A DNA stretch of 44,739 nucleotides. Source: an uncultured Candidatus Izemoplasmatales bacterium. GTDB lineage: Bacteria; Bacillota_I; Bacilli_A; Izemoplasmatales; Izemoplasmataceae. This document shows positions 9,235 through 17,680 of this stretch, piece after piece (position 1 is the first letter of the stretch; each line of letters begins with the position of its first letter). The DNA lies in contig CAYZOR010000002.1 of the NCBI GenBank assembly GCA_964479895.1, positions 1 to 44,739 of the forward strand, written 5' to 3'. The notes beneath the pieces are model-generated. The model made no database searches and was not told where the DNA came from. It was given only the letters and a program-made list of their open reading frames with translations. The position numbers were made by a program, and so were the translations under genes.

Positions 9235-10224
9235 TTAAGAAAAGACACAATGCAGTAAGTCACTCACCGTAATATTAAAGAAATATTCGTCTAACGGTTG
9301 GGTTTTTAAAACCGCTTCAAACGCTTTTTCTTCATATTTTATCCCTTTTAAAGCCCCTTCTAACTCTTTAATATCACGACTGCCTAAAAAGTCACCAAAG
9401 ATTTTAACATCGCTGATTTTTCCTTCTTTAACATTAAGGTGGAATTCTACTTTCCCACCTTCATAACGCCCTACTTTTTCTACTTCAAAATCAGGCGATT
9501 CTCCATAATTCCATTCCCAGTGATTATAACGCTTATCCATCAATTCATAGATTTTTTCTAAATCTTTTTCAGTCAGTTCATACACGTGCGCCGAAATGTC
9601 TTTAGTATCTAATAAATATTCAAGTAACGTCTTTTTAAATTGTGGCATGGAAACTTCTTCTTTTAAATACGGCAATACATTGGTAACGCGAGAGCGGTTT
9701 GATTTAATGCCTTTTGATTTGATTTTATCGGCTTTCACATTTAATACTTCCGCAACAAACGCTAAGTTTGCGTCAAATAAAATCGTGCCGTGATGCAGCA
9801 TTTTATCTTTATAAAAACTTTGTGCATTTCCACTGATTTTTTTATCCTCAACAACAATATCATTTCTTCCTTGGAACGACGCTGGAACCCCTAGTTCATT
9901 AAGTGCACCAATGACGGGTTCTGTGAATTTTTTATAGTTGTTTAAGTTATCTTTAAGTTTGGTAACAAATGAGAAATTTAAGTTTCCATCATCATGATAA
10001 ACGGCCCCGCCACCAGTAATTCTTCTGACGACATTTACATCATGTTTTTTTACCATTTCAGGGTTAATTTCTTCTATCGTGTTTTGGTTTCTTCCAATGA
10101 TTACACTGTTTTCATTTTGCCAAAGCAATACAAAGTCTTCATCACTTTGTAGGTATTTTAAAACATACTCTTCTAAGGCTAAATTAAATCTAGGATTTTT
10201 AGAATCATTAAGAATTGTTTTCAT
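9235..10224 (-). CDS. lplA: Lipoate-protein ligase A
   Basis: 329 aa with RRITGGGAVYHDDGNLNFSF and KISGNAQ motifs. SD AGAGGTG. Convergent with the pdh operon whose E2 it would lipoylate. Confidence 0.88.
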   Translation of the reverse strand: MKTILNDSKNPRFNLALEEYVLKYLQSDEDFVLLWQNENSVIIGRNQNTIEEINPEMVKKHDVNVVRRITGGGAVYHDDGNLNFSFVTKLKDNLNNYKKFTEPVIGALNELGVPASFQGRNDIVVEDKKISGNAQSFYKDKMLHHGTILFDANLAFVAEVLNVKADKIKSKGIKSNRSRVTNVLPYLKEEVSMPQFKKTLLEYLLDTKDISAHVYELTEKDLEKIYELMDKRYNHWEWNYGESPDFEVEKVGRYEGGKVEFHLNVKEGKISDVKIFGDFLGSRDIKELEGALKGIKYEEKAFEAVLKTQPLDEYFFNITVSDLLHCVFS

Positions 10225-10311
10225 CTTTTCACCTCTTTAAATTATCATACATAAAAAGTGTAAACTAAGCGCTTAAAAAAATCAATGTAACCACTTTATT
10301 AATTGTTTTTT

Positions 10312-10340
10312 GTTTAATAAAAACAACTTCATGTTACAAT
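10312..10340 (+). promoter_or_regulatory. Candidate extended -10 promoter for pncA-pncB
   Basis: TGtTACAAT at 10332-10340 with a weak -35 (GTTTAA). The inverted repeat TTGTTT-N5-AAACAA lies just upstream and overlaps the -35. Confidence 0.45.
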
Positions 10341-10364
10341 ATCTATGTAAAAAGGGGTGAAATA

Positions 10365-10889
10365 ATGAACCAATGCTTGATCGTTGTTGATATGCAAAAT
10401 GACTTCATTGATGGGGCTTTAGGGTTTGAAGCCGCCCATCAAGTGATTCAACCCATTAAAGAAAAAATCATCCATGCTAGAAACAATGATATTGATGTGA
10501 TTTTTACCATGGATACCCATCAAAACAATTACTTAAAAACAGAAGAAGGGAAACACTTAGCTGTTAAACATTGTATTGAAGGCTCAAAAGGTCATAAACT
10601 TAACCCTGAGATTGAAGCCTTAAGAGAAAATTACGATAAAGTGTTCACTAAACCAACTTTTCCTTCTTTAGAATTAGGAAACTATTTAAAAACAAAGTCA
10701 TATGAAACGGTAGAACTATGTGGCTTGGTTTCAAATATGTGTGTTTTATCGAACGCAGTGATTGTTAAAGCAGCACTTGATAATGCACATATAATGGTTG
10801 ATTCAAAGGCAACCAAAAGTTTTGATTCATCCTTACATGAAGCAAGTTTAGCCATTTTAGAAGGCTTACACATCGAAATTAAAAAATAG
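10365..10889 (+). CDS. pncA: Nicotinamidase / isochorismatase-family cysteine hydrolase
   Basis: VVDMQNDF motif and nucleophile Cys in LCGLVSNMCV. Sits immediately upstream of pncB. Confidence 0.8.
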   Translation: MNQCLIVVDMQNDFIDGALGFEAAHQVIQPIKEKIIHARNNDIDVIFTMDTHQNNYLKTEEGKHLAVKHCIEGSKGHKLNPEIEALRENYDKVFTKPTFPSLELGNYLKTKSYETVELCGLVSNMCVLSNAVIVKAALDNAHIMVDSKATKSFDSSLHEASLAILEGLHIEIKK

Positions 10890-10898
10890 GAGTTTACT

Positions 10899-12347
10899 AT
10901 GTTATCCAAACAAAACGAAACAATGTTAATTGATTTTTACGAATTTACCATGGCACATGGATATTTTGAATCATCGTTTAAAAATGAAATTGTTTATTTT
11001 GATTTATTTTTTAGGAAAATCCCTTCAAACGGTGGATATGCGATTATGGCGGGATTACAAAGCGTGATTGATTATGTCAACAATATGTCTTTTTCAGATG
11101 ACGATATCAATTATCTAAGAGAAAAACATATGTTTTCTGAAGCATTCTTAACGTATTTAAGTCATTTTAAATTCAGTGGAGATATCTATAGTGTGCCTGA
11201 AGGCAGCGCTATTTTTCCAAATGAACCCATCATTACCGTAAGAGCCAATGCCGTGGAAGCGCAGCTTTTAGAAACCTATCTTTTATTAGCGGTGAATCAT
11301 CAATCATTAATCGCGACTAAGGCGTCTCGCATTAAACATGCGGCTGAGGACCGTAAAGTGATTGAGATGGGCGCAAGAAGAGCGCATGGGGTAAGCAGTG
11401 CAAACTTAGGCGCAAGAGCGGCTTATATTGGTGGCGCTGATATGACGTCAAATACGATAGCGGATCGGTTATATAATGTGCCTGCGACTGGGACCATGGC
11501 GCATAGTTGGGTTCAAATGTTTGACACAGAATTAGAATCGTTTCAAGTGTACGCTAAGTTATATCCAAAAGCAGCTATCTTTTTGGTTGATACCTATAAT
11601 ACGTTAAAAACGGGCATTCCCAATGCCATTAAAGTGATTAAAGAAGAACTCATTCCAAAGGGGCATACCTTTTATGCGATTAGAATTGATTCTGGTGATT
11701 TAACCTACCTTTCTAAAAAAGCGCGTAAAATGCTTGATGATGCTGGGTTAAAAGACTGTAAGATTGTCGCTTCAAATGCCTTGGACGAACACCTGATTAA
11801 TGCCTTACTTATGCAAGGTGCACCGATTGATATGTTTGGGGTTGGCGAACGGTTAATTACTGCAAAAAGCGAGCCTGTTTTTGGGGGTGTTTATAAATTG
11901 GTCGCCGTAGAGAAAAACGCCACCATTTACCCTAAAATTAAAATCAGTGACAATCCTGAAAAAATCACAACCCCTCACTTTAAAACCCTTTACCGCATTT
12001 TTGACAACGAGACGCAAAAAGCGTGCGCTGATTTGCTCGCTTTACACGATGAAACCCTCGATGAAAACAAGCCTTTAACAATATTTGATCCTACCCATAC
12101 ATGGAAAACCCGTACCTTTAAAAATTATACCCTTAAAAAAATGCTCGAACCTATTTTCATAAATGGTGAGCAAGTCTATGAATCCCCATCTTTAAAAGCG
12201 ATAAAAGCCTATACACAAAAACAACTTGATAGTTTATGGGACGAGGCCAAACGTTTCGATTATCCCCACCGTTATTACGTCGATTTATCCAATAAACTAT
12301 GGGATATTAAACACGATTTGATCAAACATTATAAAGAGATGGAATAA
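10899..12347 (+). CDS. pncB: Nicotinate phosphoribosyltransferase
   Basis: 482 aa. N-terminal LIDFYEFTMAHGYF, phospho-His region ATGTMAHSWVQ, and IRIDSGDL. Confidence 0.9.
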   Translation: MLSKQNETMLIDFYEFTMAHGYFESSFKNEIVYFDLFFRKIPSNGGYAIMAGLQSVIDYVNNMSFSDDDINYLREKHMFSEAFLTYLSHFKFSGDIYSVPEGSAIFPNEPIITVRANAVEAQLLETYLLLAVNHQSLIATKASRIKHAAEDRKVIEMGARRAHGVSSANLGARAAYIGGADMTSNTIADRLYNVPATGTMAHSWVQMFDTELESFQVYAKLYPKAAIFLVDTYNTLKTGIPNAIKVIKEELIPKGHTFYAIRIDSGDLTYLSKKARKMLDDAGLKDCKIVASNALDEHLINALLMQGAPIDMFGVGERLITAKSEPVFGGVYKLVAVEKNATIYPKIKISDNPEKITTPHFKTLYRIFDNETQKACADLLALHDETLDENKPLTIFDPTHTWKTRTFKNYTLKKMLEPIFINGEQVYESPSLKAIKAYTQKQLDSLWDEAKRFDYPHRYYVDLSNKLWDIKHDLIKHYKEME

Positions 12348-12350
12348 GGA

Positions 12351-12377
12351 AAGCGCCCAAACCCATTGGGCGCTTTT
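12351..12377 (+). terminator. Rho-independent terminator after pncB
   Basis: Stem AAGCGCCC / GGGCGCTT with a 9-nt loop, followed by TTTT. Confidence 0.85.
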
Positions 12378-12415
12378 AAAATGGTATAATGGAATTATTA
12401 AAAGGAGGAATCAAC

Positions 12416-12922
12416 ATGGATGTTACGTTTAAAGGCATAAAAGTGACTTTAGAAGGCAATACGATATCTTTAGGGGATAACGCGCCGGATTTTGAAGCGT
12501 TAGATATTGGATTAACCCCTGTAAAACTTAGTGATTTTGATTCAAAATTCATTGTCATAAGCGTGGTGCCTTCATTGGATACTGGCGTTTGTGATTTTCA
12601 AACCAAAAGATTTAATGAGTTAGTGACTGACTTTGATGATGTTACGCTTATTACCATCTCAAATGATTTACCATTTGCACAAAAAAGATGGTGCGGAAGT
12701 GAAGGGTTAGAAAACATTATAACGCTATCGGATCATAAAGACTTAGATTTTGCGAAAAAGTATGGGACATTAATGAAAGAACACCGTCTATTAGCGCGTA
12801 GTTTATTTGTACTTGATAATAATCGTGAAGTGGTGTATAAAGAATTTGCGCCTGAGGCGAGTGAGCATTTAAATTACGAAAAATTTCTTGCGGAATTAGA
12901 AGTGTTAAGAAGAAATTCATAA
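12416..12922 (+). CDS. tpx: Thiol peroxidase (atypical 2-Cys peroxiredoxin)
   Basis: Peroxidatic Cys in PSLDTGVCDFQ and resolving Cys in QKRWCG. I chose the ATG at 12416 because AAAGGAGG lies 7 nt upstream. The track start at 12389 lies directly after the upstream terminator. Confidence 0.9.
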   Translation: MDVTFKGIKVTLEGNTISLGDNAPDFEALDIGLTPVKLSDFDSKFIVISVVPSLDTGVCDFQTKRFNELVTDFDDVTLITISNDLPFAQKRWCGSEGLENIITLSDHKDLDFAKKYGTLMKEHRLLARSLFVLDNNREVVYKEFAPEASEHLNYEKFLAELEVLRRNS

Positions 12923-12947
12923 GTCTAGCGAAAGCTAGGCTTTTTTT
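12922..12947 (+). terminator. Rho-independent terminator after tpx
   Basis: 8-bp stem AGTCTAGC / GCTAGGCT (one G-U pair) with a GAAA tetraloop, followed by TTTTTT. Confidence 0.8.
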
Positions 12948-12975
12948 ATGGTACAATTTAAAGGGGAGTGATTGA

Positions 12976-13911
12976 ATGGATAAACAAGGTTCAAACCAGT
13001 TAAAACCATTAAGAAAAAAACATAACTTAACGCAAAAAGAAGTAGCGAAAGCACTGAATATAGATCATTCAACTTTATCTAAATACGAGAATAATCAAAG
13101 AGAAGTTCCTAAAAATCTGTTGGCTAAATTATCTGAACTTTATGAGGTTGATGTAACAACATTATTATCAAAAGCCATCCAAAATTCGAACGATTTATAC
13201 ACTTATTATCGCAAGGCTCAAGTATTTAAAGTGCCTTTAAACAAACTGAAAATAGGGTTACTCTTTTTGATGTTTTCTATGCTTTACCTTTTCTTTTTTA
13301 TTAACCATCTAAGTTTAATGGTTGTTTCTATTTTTAGTGCACTTATTTTACTCATTTATAGTACCTTTTATTATAAAACGGTTTTTAAACAACAAATGCA
13401 CTATAAAAAGGTTCTAAAAGGGAAAACGTTAGAATATCAACTTAAAGATCGAACCATTCATATCCCCAAACTTAATTTTGAACTTAAGGTGAATACCGTA
13501 TTAAGTTTGTTGAGTTTTTTTACTTTAAGTATGTTTGTGATTGGTCTATCTGATGGATTATTTGATGATTTAGATTATAGTATTAGTGGTCTTTTTATAT
13601 TTGTAAATATCACTTTGTTTTTTTATTTACTTTTACAAGCGTTATTTAAACGGGTATATTACGAAAAAATTGATGCGAAAAAGGTTAATCAAACCTTCAA
13701 TACATACTTTTTCAATGCGCTTTATATAACAGGTATGAGCAGTTTCATATGGTTTATGATGTTTTTGGCTGAATTGATTCACTTAGATATGGTTAATTTA
13801 TTTGAAGGCATTATGCTCGTGATTTTAAGCCATTTTTATTTATACTTAATCATCAGTATAATTCATTCCATTAAAACGTTTAGAAGTCTTTTTGAACTCA
13901 CGCAAATTTGA
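12976..13911 (+). CDS. Membrane-anchored XRE-family helix-turn-helix protein
   Basis: N-terminal HTH_3-type region (LRKKHNLTQKEVAKALNIDHSTLSKYENNQREVP) followed by about 6 hydrophobic helices. SD GGGGAGTG. The extended -10 TGgTACAAT at 12949-12957 lies right after the tpx terminator. Confidence 0.75.
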   Translation: MDKQGSNQLKPLRKKHNLTQKEVAKALNIDHSTLSKYENNQREVPKNLLAKLSELYEVDVTTLLSKAIQNSNDLYTYYRKAQVFKVPLNKLKIGLLFLMFSMLYLFFFINHLSLMVVSIFSALILLIYSTFYYKTVFKQQMHYKKVLKGKTLEYQLKDRTIHIPKLNFELKVNTVLSLLSFFTLSMFVIGLSDGLFDDLDYSISGLFIFVNITLFFYLLLQALFKRVYYEKIDAKKVNQTFNTYFFNALYITGMSSFIWFMMFLAELIHLDMVNLFEGIMLVILSHFYLYLIISIIHSIKTFRSLFELTQI

Positions 13912-13927
13912 CAAACTGTCAAATTTG
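13903..13927. promoter_or_regulatory. Perfect 11-3-11 inverted repeat (candidate operator)
   Basis: CAAATTTGACA-AAC-TGTCAAATTTG. It spans the TGA stop (13909-13911) of the XRE-type gene and abuts the TTGACA at 13928-13933. Confidence 0.5.
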
Positions 13928-13956
13928 TTGACAAAACCATAAAACCCCTTTAAATT
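13928..13956 (+). promoter_or_regulatory. Candidate sigma-A promoter (P1) upstream of the structured element
   Basis: -35 TTGACA (13928-13933), an exact 17-nt spacer, then -10 TAAATT (13951-13956). Confidence 0.4.
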
Positions 13957-13982
13957 GATTTGGTTTCTGATACCTTATAGAT

Positions 13983-14069
13983 AGTAGCTTATACACATAG
14001 GGGACGGCTTAAAGAAAGTTCATCCAATTTTCTTTCTTGAGTGTAAGGGCGTGTATAAGCTGCTTTTTT
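13983..14069 (+). ncRNA. Long imperfect hairpin plus U-tract: candidate small RNA or attenuator, or a complex terminator of the XRE-type gene
   Basis: The outer stem 13983-13996 pairs with 14051-14064 (core AGCTTATACAC / GTGTATAAGCT, 11 perfect bp). The inner stem 14008-14018 pairs with 14032-14041 (10 bp, one bulge, 13-nt loop). It ends in the run TTTTTT at 14064-14069 (first T still in the stem). There is no ATG-initiated ORF on the plus strand between 13912 and about 14134. Confidence 0.45.
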
Positions 14070-14079
14070 ATTGAAAAAA

Positions 14080-14102
14080 TTAGCACTCGCGCAAGGTGCT
14101 TG
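14080..14102. promoter_or_regulatory. CIRCE-like element (perfect left half, degenerate right half)
   Basis: TTAGCACTC (14080-14088) matches the CIRCE left arm 9/9. The partner arm is only AGGTGCTTG after a 5-nt spacer, giving 5 bp of core pairing (AGCAC / GTGCT). It overlaps the -35 of the htpG promoter. Confidence 0.35.
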
Positions 14103-14128
14103 ACAATAATCAATATTTTCTTTAAAAT
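14100..14128 (+). promoter_or_regulatory. Sigma-A promoter of htpG (P2)
   Basis: -35 TTGACA (14100-14105), a 17-nt spacer, then -10 TAAAAT (14123-14128), about 25 nt upstream of the htpG ATG. Confidence 0.6.
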
Positions 14129-14153
14129 CATATATGGAAATGGAGTGATAATT

Positions 14154-16049
14154 ATGGCAAAAACACAAGAATTTCAAACCCAATCAAAAAAATTACTAGA
14201 TTTAATGATCAATTCGATTTACACCCACAATGAAATCTTTTTAAGAGAACTGATTTCAAACGCATCAGATGCGATTGATAAAAGACATCATCTGTCTTTA
14301 ACAGACGAAGTCGTTTCAAGCGAGGAAAATTATCAAATTGAAATTATTCGTGATGAAGCCAATCGTACGTTAACGATTAAGGATAACGGAATTGGAATGA
14401 CAGAAGAAGAACTGACTAAACAATTAGGGACCATCGCTGAGAGTGGTTCTAAAGCGTTCATGGAAAAAATTGAGAAAAAAGATTTGGATATTATCGGCCA
14501 ATTTGGCGTTGGGTTTTATTCTGCGTTTATGGTCGCGAAACGTGTCTTTGTTAAAACCCGTTCACCTTATAGCGAAAAGGGCTTTTTATGGCAAAGTGAA
14601 GGCGAAAGTACCTACAGCATCGAACCAACCCAAAAAGATACAATCGGAACTGAAATCACCTTAGTTTTAAGAGACGATGATGAAGAAAACGAAGAAAATT
14701 ATTCAGAGTTTTTAGAAGAAAATCGCTTGAAATCTTTAGTGAAAAAGTATTCAGATTATGTCCGCTACCCAATTCAAATGGAAGTGACGAAAACTGAAGA
14801 AAAAGAAAAAGAAGATGGATCACCAACGACTTACCAAGAAAAAGAAACCCTAAATTCACAAATTCCTATTTGGAAACGTCCGAAAAGTGAAATTAAAGAA
14901 GAAGAGATGCATGAATTTTACAAGCGTCAATTTAATGAATTTGAAGACCCACTGCATGTAATTCATACAAATGTTGAGGGGATGCTTACGTATACAGCAT
15001 TGCTTTTTATCCCTAAAAAACCACCGCATGATTTTTATACCGACAAATTTGAAAAAGGGCTTTCTTTATATTCTAAAGGCGTCTTTATTCAAGAAAAAAA
15101 TAAAGATTTAGTACCAGAATATTTTAGGTTTTTAAAAGGACTTGTTGACTCAGCAGATTTATCATTAAATATCTCAAGAGAGATGCTGCAACATAACCGT
15201 CAACTTAAAAAAATCGCATCAAACGTTGAGAAAAAAGTGCGCAACGAACTTACCAAGATGCAAAAAAATGATCGTGAAAAATACACTGAATTTTATGATG
15301 CATACCGTCAAATCTTAAAATACGGTGTTTATGATGAGTTTGGCGCGCATAAAGACAAACTTAAAGACTTAATCATGTTTAAAACCAATAAATCAGATGA
15401 GTATATTACATTAAAAGAATATTTAGCGCGCAAAAGTGACGAACAAAAACACATCTACTATGCCTCAGGAAAAAACAAAACCCAAATCATGAACCTTCCG
15501 CAAATGGATGCCATCAAACAAAAAGATTATGAAGTCTTATTATTCACAGATGAAGTGGATGAATTCATGGTTCAAATTTTAAATAGTTACGATGAGGTTG
15601 AATTCAAATCCGTTCAACAAGGCGAAAGTGACTTTTTAGACGATGAAGAAAAAGATAAACTCAAACAATCAGAAAAAGATTATTCAAACCTTTTAAAAAC
15701 CCTGAAAAAACATTTAAAAGGCAAAGTGAAAGATGTTAAAATTTCTGGTCGTTTAAAAGAATCCCCAGTCTGTTTAGTAAGTGGTGATGGCTTATCATTA
15801 GAAATGGAAAAAGTTCTTAAACAAATGCCAGATGCGTCCAATATGAAAGCTGAAAAAATACTCGAAATTAATCCCGACCACGATTTATTTAAAGCTTTGA
15901 ATAAAATTCATGAAAAAGAAGGCAAAAAAGTTGGAGATTACGCAAACTTACTGTATCACCAAGCATTATTAATTGAAGGCTATCCAATTGAAGATCCAAA
16001 TGAGATGAGCAATCTTATGACGAAACTCATGGTAGAATCTACCGAATAA
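14154..16049 (+). CDS. htpG: Molecular chaperone HtpG (Hsp90)
   Basis: MAKTQEFQTQSKKLLDLMINSIY..ELISNASDAIDK and GQFGVGFYS (GHKL ATPase motifs). The ATG at 14154 has SD GGAGTG 6 nt upstream. The track start at 14037 would run through the promoter and hairpin region. Confidence 0.92.
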   Translation: MAKTQEFQTQSKKLLDLMINSIYTHNEIFLRELISNASDAIDKRHHLSLTDEVVSSEENYQIEIIRDEANRTLTIKDNGIGMTEEELTKQLGTIAESGSKAFMEKIEKKDLDIIGQFGVGFYSAFMVAKRVFVKTRSPYSEKGFLWQSEGESTYSIEPTQKDTIGTEITLVLRDDDEENEENYSEFLEENRLKSLVKKYSDYVRYPIQMEVTKTEEKEKEDGSPTTYQEKETLNSQIPIWKRPKSEIKEEEMHEFYKRQFNEFEDPLHVIHTNVEGMLTYTALLFIPKKPPHDFYTDKFEKGLSLYSKGVFIQEKNKDLVPEYFRFLKGLVDSADLSLNISREMLQHNRQLKKIASNVEKKVRNELTKMQKNDREKYTEFYDAYRQILKYGVYDEFGAHKDKLKDLIMFKTNKSDEYITLKEYLARKSDEQKHIYYASGKNKTQIMNLPQMDAIKQKDYEVLLFTDEVDEFMVQILNSYDEVEFKSVQQGESDFLDDEEKDKLKQSEKDYSNLLKTLKKHLKGKVKDVKISGRLKESPVCLVSGDGLSLEMEKVLKQMPDASNMKAEKILEINPDHDLFKALNKIHEKEGKKVGDYANLLYHQALLIEGYPIEDPNEMSNLMTKLMVESTE

Positions 16050-16052
16050 TAT

Positions 16053-16087
16053 TTAGGCGCACTTCTTATTAAGTGCGCCTAATTTTT
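16053..16087 (+). terminator. Rho-independent terminator after htpG
   Basis: 12-bp perfect stem TTAGGCGCACTT / AAGTGCGCCTAA with a 6-nt loop, followed by TTTTT. Confidence 0.9.
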
Positions 16088-16126
16088 ATGATAAAATATA
16101 AGCAATCAAAGAAAAGAGGTTTTTAT

Positions 16127-17680
16127 ATGAAACAAGCATACATCAACATGCACATACCATTCTCTAACCATAACGCATTTATTGTGGAAGATGGCGTCTT
16201 CACTCATGTTTCGAATAAAGCGAGTGTTCTTAATCAAGCGGTCGATGAAATCATTGATCTCAAAGACCATTCAGTATTCCCAGGATTTCACGATTCACAC
16301 ATGCACCTTGTTGGCCTTGGAATGATGCAAAGTATTTTTGATGCGTCTAATCACCAATCCATCAATGATTTAATTGAAACCGCAAAATCATTTGAAATGA
16401 ATCCTTTAGTGGGTCGAGGATTTCACGAATCTTTGATTGCTGATAATAGAATGTTAAACAAAAATGATTTAGACAAAATTTCTTTAGAAAAGCCAGTCAT
16501 CATGTACCGAGTTTGTGGGCATATGGTTGTTGCTAACTCAAAAGCCATTGAAGTCGCGCAAAACCAAAACGGGAAGATTACGTATTCACCCGATAGTTAT
16601 GACATCGAACAAGGCCTATTTAAAGAAGAAGCGATGCAGTATGTTTTATCAATCATCCCTATCCCCGATGAATCAACGATAAAATCCTACATTTTAAAAG
16701 CACAAGACACGCTTTTATCACACGGGGTGACAAGTGTTGGGAGTGATGATTTTCATGTGACCAAAGCGCCTTATGAAACGGTACTCAATGTCTTAAAATC
16801 GATGAGTGAAACTTCGGAATTAAAACTGAACGTGTACGAACAAGTGAACTTACCAAATTTAAACGATTTTAAAGACTTTTTATCAAAAGGGTATGCATTA
16901 AAAGATTATGGACTTTATAAACATGGACCTTTAAAACTGTTAGCCGACGGGTCTTTAGGCGCAAGAAGCGCTTATATGAAAACCCCTTATGCGGACGATG
17001 CTTCCACACAAGGGATTTCAATTTTTGATAAAGATAAACTCATTAAACATTTTGAAAAAGCAAGCGAATATGATATGGATTTTGCGATTCACGGCATTGG
17101 GGATGGGACCATTGAAGCCATCATGGACGCCAAAGAACATATATTAAGCATCTTTGATAAACCAAGAAGAGACTCCATCATCCACGCACAGCTCGCCGAT
17201 TTCGATCAAATTAAGCGCATGAAACACCTCAATTTAGGTGCCCAAACCCAACCCATCTTCATTGCGTCTGATGTGCCTATTATAGAAAAGCGATTAGGAA
17301 AAGCGCGCGCCCAAGAAACTTATTTATTTAATACCATGATTGAAAAAGGCATTCCAACAACAATCTCTACAGACGCACCAATAGAAAGCACCAATCCTTT
17401 TGAAAACTTATATGTAGCAGTTACCCGCAAAAGTTTTAAACATCCTACCTTACCCCCCTTCATCAAAACAGAAGGGATCCGTCTTTCTAAAGCAATCAAA
17501 GCGTATACAGAAACCCCAGCGTATTTTACTTACCAAGAAAATTCGCTTGGAAAAATCAAACAAGGCTATCAAGCAGATTTTATCGTCGCAGAAAACTTTA
17601 ATCCAAAAGATAAAGCATCACTCTTAAAAACCCGCGTTTTAAAAACCTATAAACAAGGCACGTTGGTTTATGAACGATAA
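16127..17680 (+). CDS. Metal-dependent amidohydrolase, YtcJ-like (amidohydrolase_3 type)
   Basis: The HDSHMHL metal-binding motif lies near the N-terminus, with HGIGD and HAQL further on. The ATG at 16127 has SD AAGAGG. The track start at 16073 lies inside the htpG terminator. Confidence 0.75.
   Translation: MKQAYINMHIPFSNHNAFIVEDGVFTHVSNKASVLNQAVDEIIDLKDHSVFPGFHDSHMHLVGLGMMQSIFDASNHQSINDLIETAKSFEMNPLVGRGFHESLIADNRMLNKNDLDKISLEKPVIMYRVCGHMVVANSKAIEVAQNQNGKITYSPDSYDIEQGLFKEEAMQYVLSIIPIPDESTIKSYILKAQDTLLSHGVTSVGSDDFHVTKAPYETVLNVLKSMSETSELKLNVYEQVNLPNLNDFKDFLSKGYALKDYGLYKHGPLKLLADGSLGARSAYMKTPYADDASTQGISIFDKDKLIKHFEKASEYDMDFAIHGIGDGTIEAIMDAKEHILSIFDKPRRDSIIHAQLADFDQIKRMKHLNLGAQTQPIFIASDVPIIEKRLGKARAQETYLFNTMIEKGIPTTISTDAPIESTNPFENLYVAVTRKSFKHPTLPPFIKTEGIRLSKAIKAYTETPAYFTYQENSLGKIKQGYQADFIVAENFNPKDKASLLKTRVLKTYKQGTLVYER

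Noticed and set aside
13903-13933. CtsR operator (direct heptad repeat A/GGTCAAA-NAN-A/GGTCAAA) upstream of htpG.
   Set aside because: The TTGACA/TGTCAA units form an inverted repeat rather than a direct one. They also lack the GGTCAAA heptad and its spacing. I reported the element as an uncharacterised palindrome instead.
14080-14106. A full canonical CIRCE element (TTAGCACTC-N9-GAGTGCTAA).
   Set aside because: Only the left arm matches. At the canonical N9 spacing the right arm is GCTTGACAA (5/9). I reported it only as a half-site or degenerate element with low confidence.
13989-14183. A 64-aa minus-strand ORF spanning the htpG promoter region, considered as a possible type I toxin or small protein.
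   Set aside because: It starts inside the htpG coding sequence, has no SD and is not hydrophobic. It simply reads through the hairpin and promoter DNA. The overlapping ORFs 9078-9272 (+) and 21317-21502 (-), which cross terminators, were rejected for the same reasons.
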